From an uncultured virus (IMG/VR IMGVR_UViG_3300025871_000494) (Duplodnaviria; Heunggongvirae; Uroviricota; Caudoviricetes), in IMG/VR virus record IMGVR_UViG_3300025871_000494: a DNA stretch of 20,000 nt; one strand, given 5' to 3'. Shown here one piece after another: positions 17,200 through 20,000 of the stretch. Position 1 is the stretch's first letter; each line of letters begins with the position of its first letter. The notes beneath the pieces are model-generated. The model had not been told where the DNA came from, did not search any database, and saw only the letters and a program-made list of their open reading frames with translations. The translations under genes were made by a program, and so were the position numbers.

Positions 17200-17496
17200 A
17201 TGCCATTAAAAACAAAGATTGAAGTAGAAATAAAAGAAGATAAGTTTTTAGAAGGGAATCAAATTTGTGTGTTTCCGAGATATATTTTAGTTTCTTCTGA
17301 ATTATACAAGATTTTAAATGTATTAGAAAATCAATACGATAAAATCAATAATTTATTAAATAAAGCAGATGAATTAAATGAAGAAGAATACTCAGTAAAA
17401 AAGATGGGGCTTCTTCCTGGTCAACAATATCCTATTAATTTAGCAAAACACGGAAGAAGAAAATCCAATTCTTATAAACGAAGAATTAATAGTTGA
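17200..17496 (+). CDS. Hypothetical protein
   Basis: In-frame ATG 17200, 4 bp after the previous stop, preferred over the TTG at 17164. Confidence 0.7.
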   Translation: MPLKTKIEVEIKEDKFLEGNQICVFPRYILVSSELYKILNVLENQYDKINNLLNKADELNEEEYSVKKMGLLPGQQYPINLAKHGRRKSNSYKRRINS

Positions 17497-17513
17497 TTTC
17501 AAACGGTAGTTGT

Positions 17514-17539
17514 TAAATCTGTTAACTTATCTTATTATT
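17514..17539 (+). promoter_or_regulatory. Third copy of the putative phage promoter motif
   Basis: taaatct gttaacttat cttattatt, in the intergenic region before 17582. Confidence 0.45.
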
Positions 17540-17581
17540 AATATATAAGACATTAAAGATACAATCATTATATAAAATATT

Positions 17582-17782
17582 ATGAAACAATATACAGACG
17601 AAAAATTCATTAAATTCTGTAGAAAACTTTGTTATATATTTTCTACTTTTTTAATACTTATTTTATTAAATAATCTTTTAGATCTTAAAAAAAATTATGA
17701 TGAAAAAAATCATAATAACATAAGATCTAAAAATTATTTTTCTTATATAATTAATAAAATTCCTGTAAAGAGGAGCAAATAA
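17582..17782 (+). CDS. Small membrane protein
   Basis: One hydrophobic stretch LCYIFSTFLILILL; abuts the next ATG; no clear RBS. Confidence 0.5.
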   Translation: MKQYTDEKFIKFCRKLCYIFSTFLILILLNNLLDLKKNYDEKNHNNIRSKNYFSYIINKIPVKRSK

Positions 17783-18433
17783 ATGAATACTAATATTAAA
17801 AAATCTACTGTACCAAGAATAAAAAATACAGTAAAAGAAAAGAAAAATCTAGTTTTATGGTTGATTTGGATTCAATTAATTATTATTTCTATAATTTTAG
17901 GATTTATTGCAGTAAATGTTAATAAGAATAATTCTACTAATGTAGCTACTTTACAATTACAGAAAAAACTTAATGATAGATTATATGTAGATTATAATTC
18001 TAATTATGAAATGACAAGCGATGTAGATGATATTTTAGCCGATAACTTACCTAGTTCTGTAAGTACAAACAAATTTAATGAAAAACTTATTACAGGAATT
18101 AGATATATTGAAAGTTATTTAAAAATAACCAATTCCACAGAAATTACACAAAATGGTACTAAAACCATATTAAATTCAGAAAATAATTATCCAATTACAT
18201 CTAAAATTCTTAATTCTTTTAAAAAATGGTTAGAACCCAAAAATGTAAATGGTTTTATATTATCTACAAAGATTGCGAACGATATTGCAGGAGAACATTA
18301 CAGAGTTCAATTAGCTTGGTTTGCATATAAAAAGAAACAACAAGAAGAAGAAAAACTAAAACTTCTCAATAGTTCTGGTGAAGAAACTTCAGATATTACT
18401 CTTGGTGATAATAAAATTAGTTTTAATTATTAA
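17783..18433 (+). CDS. Hypothetical membrane-anchored protein
   Basis: aggag RBS; basic N-terminus followed by TM LVLWLIWIQLIIISIILGFIAV. Confidence 0.8.
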   Translation: MNTNIKKSTVPRIKNTVKEKKNLVLWLIWIQLIIISIILGFIAVNVNKNNSTNVATLQLQKKLNDRLYVDYNSNYEMTSDVDDILADNLPSSVSTNKFNEKLITGIRYIESYLKITNSTEITQNGTKTILNSENNYPITSKILNSFKKWLEPKNVNGFILSTKIANDIAGEHYRVQLAWFAYKKKQQEEEKLKLLNSSGEETSDITLGDNKISFNY

Positions 18434-18449
18434 TTTTAAAAAAAAATAA

Positions 18450-18478
18450 TTGACTCTTTTAAAATATTTTATTATTTT
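18450..18478 (+). promoter_or_regulatory. sigma70-type promoter of hsp20
   Basis: TTGACT (18450-18455)-N17-TATTTT (18473-18478), preceded by an A-tract (UP-element-like). Confidence 0.6.
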
Positions 18479-18483
18479 AATTT

Positions 18484-18551
18484 TGAGATAAAAAATCTCA
18501 TGTTGATACTTATAAAGATCAACAAAATTACTACCAAAAGGAGTAAAAATT
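18484..18551 (+). promoter_or_regulatory. Three-hairpin 5' leader with sequestered Shine-Dalgarno, candidate RNA thermometer
   Basis: tgagat/atctca (18484-18500); tgttgat-a-ctt/aag-atcaaca (18501-18524); ttact-a-cc/gg-agtaa (18528-18546), covering the GGAG. Confidence 0.55.
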
Positions 18552-19007
18552 ATGACTAAACAATTAGCACGCTTATTGTCTCAAGATGCCTCGCCATTTT
18601 TTAGGGATCTGGAAGGATTTGTTAATGTAGCTTTCCCAGATTTTCTCTTTTCTGATTTTCACGATGTTGTGCATTCTCAAGGTTATCCAATAACCAATAT
18701 CTATGTAAATGATAAGAAGGAGATCAAGATAGAGATTACAGTAACAGGTATGTCAAAAGATGATATTAAATTAGAGGCAGAAGATGATGGTATTATTGTA
18801 AGAGGTGAAGTTCAGGATCAGGAAGATATAGATACTTCTTGGAGACTTATTGATGGTAAAATTAAAAAGAATTCTTTTGAAAAACGTATAAAACTATCGA
18901 ATAAATTAGATTATATGAAAGCACAAGCAGAAGTTAAAGATGGTTTACTTACAATTAATATACCACAAAAAGAAAAGTTTGCCACGAAGCAAATAACTAT
19001 CAAGTAG
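18552..19007 (+). CDS. hsp20: Small heat shock protein (Hsp20 / alpha-crystallin family)
   Basis: YPITNIY, I.VTGMSKDDI.L, I.VRGE, SFEKRIKL, A.VKDGLLTINIP and terminal I-T-I motif; aaggag RBS. Confidence 0.93.
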   Translation: MTKQLARLLSQDASPFFRDLEGFVNVAFPDFLFSDFHDVVHSQGYPITNIYVNDKKEIKIEITVTGMSKDDIKLEAEDDGIIVRGEVQDQEDIDTSWRLIDGKIKKNSFEKRIKLSNKLDYMKAQAEVKDGLLTINIPQKEKFATKQITIK

Positions 19008-19011
19008 AATC

Positions 19012-19040
19012 AAAAGCCCCTTAGAAATAAGGGGCTTTAT
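19012..19040. terminator. Bidirectional intrinsic terminator
   Basis: aaagcccctta GAAA taaggggcttt (19013-19038), between convergent genes. Confidence 0.9.
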
Positions 19041-19048
19041 AGTTATGT

Positions 19049-19318
19049 TTAATATTGTATTGGTACTAAGTTACTGGATTCATTCATATTCGGTGGTGTA
19101 TCAAATTTAAACTTAATTATTTTAATTATCTTTTTTTCGGTGGTATACCATACTGCAACAAAATCAACTTTGGATACTTGTAATAAAGTAATTCTACCTT
19201 CTTTTTCTGCTTGCTCAATATCAGCACAAGAATCTTTATTAGAAATATCTTCTTGTGCTACTACAATTGAAAAGAACATACATAAACACATAATCAAAAT
19301 AATGTATAATTTTTTCAT
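19049..19318 (-). CDS. Small secreted protein with Sec signal peptide
   Basis: From ATG 19318: MKKLYIILIMCLCMFFSIVVA/QED..., i.e. basic N-region, hydrophobic core and V-V-A cleavage site. Ends just before the terminator. Confidence 0.7.
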   Translation of the reverse strand: MKKLYIILIMCLCMFFSIVVAQEDISNKDSCADIEQAEKEGRITLLQVSKVDFVAVWYTTEKKIIKIIKFKFDTPPNMNESSNLVPIQY

Positions 19319-19394
19319 ATTCCCATCCAAAAGAAAATATATCCTCTACAAAAAATAAATATAAAAAAATATAAAAAATTTTAGGATCAAATTT

Positions 19395-19607
19395 TTGAAA
19401 GCTATAGTAAGTAAACCATCTAGTGTTTTTACCAGAAAAGGTGAATGTTTTGATATAGATAGGTATAAAAATAATATGTATATTCTAACAAGTATATACA
19501 GAAAGGATGTTATACATAATTTAAATCAGCAGACACTTGATTGGTATATAAAAAGAGGTACATTTATTATATATGATACAACAGATACTATATTAATAGA
19601 TTTTTAG
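19395..19607 (+). CDS. Hypothetical small protein
   Basis: 70 aa, TTG start with agga 8 nt upstream. Confidence 0.5.
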   Translation: MKAIVSKPSSVFTRKGECFDIDRYKNNMYILTSIYRKDVIHNLNQQTLDWYIKRGTFIIYDTTDTILIDF

Positions 19608-19622
19608 AATGTAAATACAACT

Positions 19623-19799
19623 CTAAAATTCTTCGCAAGAACAAGAAGAAATAAAATTAGTTATTTTGTAATATTCCTCTTCTTGAAAATGAATAAGAAG
19701 ATTACATTTTTTACAAAGTAATCCTAACTGAGGTATTTCTCTAAAAAAATGGTATTCTGTAGGAGATACAGAACAGCCCAAAACTTTATAAATTTTCAT
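19623..19799 (-). CDS. Possible small Cys-containing protein (58 aa)
   Basis: Hand translation, not in the ORF track: MKIYKVLGCSVSPTEYHFFREIPQLGLLCKKCNLLIHFQEEEYYKITNFISSCSCEEF*. No clear RBS. Confidence 0.45.
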   Translation of the reverse strand: MKIYKVLGCSVSPTEYHFFREIPQLGLLCKKCNLLIHFQEEEYYKITNFISSCSCEEF

Positions 19800-19899
19800 A
19801 GAACTATTGAAATAGAAGATATACTTTATTTAAACATACAAATATTCTACAGAATTTAAGTAATAAATATTATCTAAATTAAAATACATGTTAGAATAC

Positions 19900-19926
19900 T
19901 AAATCTAGATTATATACTTATATTAT
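19900..19926 (+). promoter_or_regulatory. Fourth copy of the putative phage promoter motif
   Basis: taaatct agattatata cttatattat, upstream of the aagga RBS and ATG 19944. Confidence 0.45.
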
Positions 19927-19943
19927 AATAAAGGATTTACTAT

Positions 19944-20000
19944 ATGAAACTATCTAACAAATGCAGAGATTGTAAATATTGTAGTTATCAATTTAAGTTT
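19944..20000 (+). CDS. Start of a Cys-rich protein, 3' truncated
   Basis: aagga RBS, then MKLSNKCRDCKYCSYQFKF open to the window end. Confidence 0.55.
   Translation, partial: MKLSNKCRDCKYCSYQFKF

Noticed and set aside
18434..18551. CIRCE element or sigma32 promoter before hsp20
   Set aside because: No TTAGCACTC-N9-GAGTGCTAA and no CTTGAA/CCCCAT boxes.
19140..19358. Plus-strand 72-aa ORF
   Set aside because: Overlaps the minus-strand signal-peptide gene, which fits the bidirectional terminator better.
1..20000. Stop-codon recoding as in some large phages
   Set aside because: Genes are full length under code 11, and TAG (9314, 9950, 19007) and TGA (764, 2790) end genes at sensible positions.
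1..20000. Archaeal virus origin, suggested by N-x-T sequons and CTAG abundance
   Set aside because: The M23 peptidase, the beta-signal protein, the sigma70-like promoter and intrinsic terminators point to a bacterial host.

Overview
AT-rich (roughly 25-30% GC by eye), gene-dense, mostly plus-strand window that reads as part of a large bacteriophage genome using standard code 11. There are no host housekeeping genes, RNA genes or CRISPR arrays. Order: (1) a translationally coupled sugar-modification operon (cupin, SAM methyltransferase-like, GDPD-like, GT2, RmlD-like, Maf/DUF115-type transferase); (2) a large tail-fibre-like gene with NxAxG beta-roll repeats and a six-bladed beta-propeller tip, split by an exact 76-bp tandem duplication and followed by another GT-A protein; (3) an atypical lysis-like trio (C39-like cysteine peptidase, holin-like protein, membrane-anchored protein with an outer-membrane beta-strand C-terminus); (4) class II ribonucleotide reductase, a free-standing endonuclease, an MmcB-like nuclease and a membrane-anchored M23 peptidase; (5) small hypothetical genes and an Hsp20 gene whose leader resembles an RNA thermometer. 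Best leads: a possible virion or tail-fibre glycosylation system, a possible single-component spanin with unusual topology, the thermometer-like hsp20 leader and a recurring non-sigma70 promoter-like motif. All family calls come from motif recognition by eye, not from database searches.
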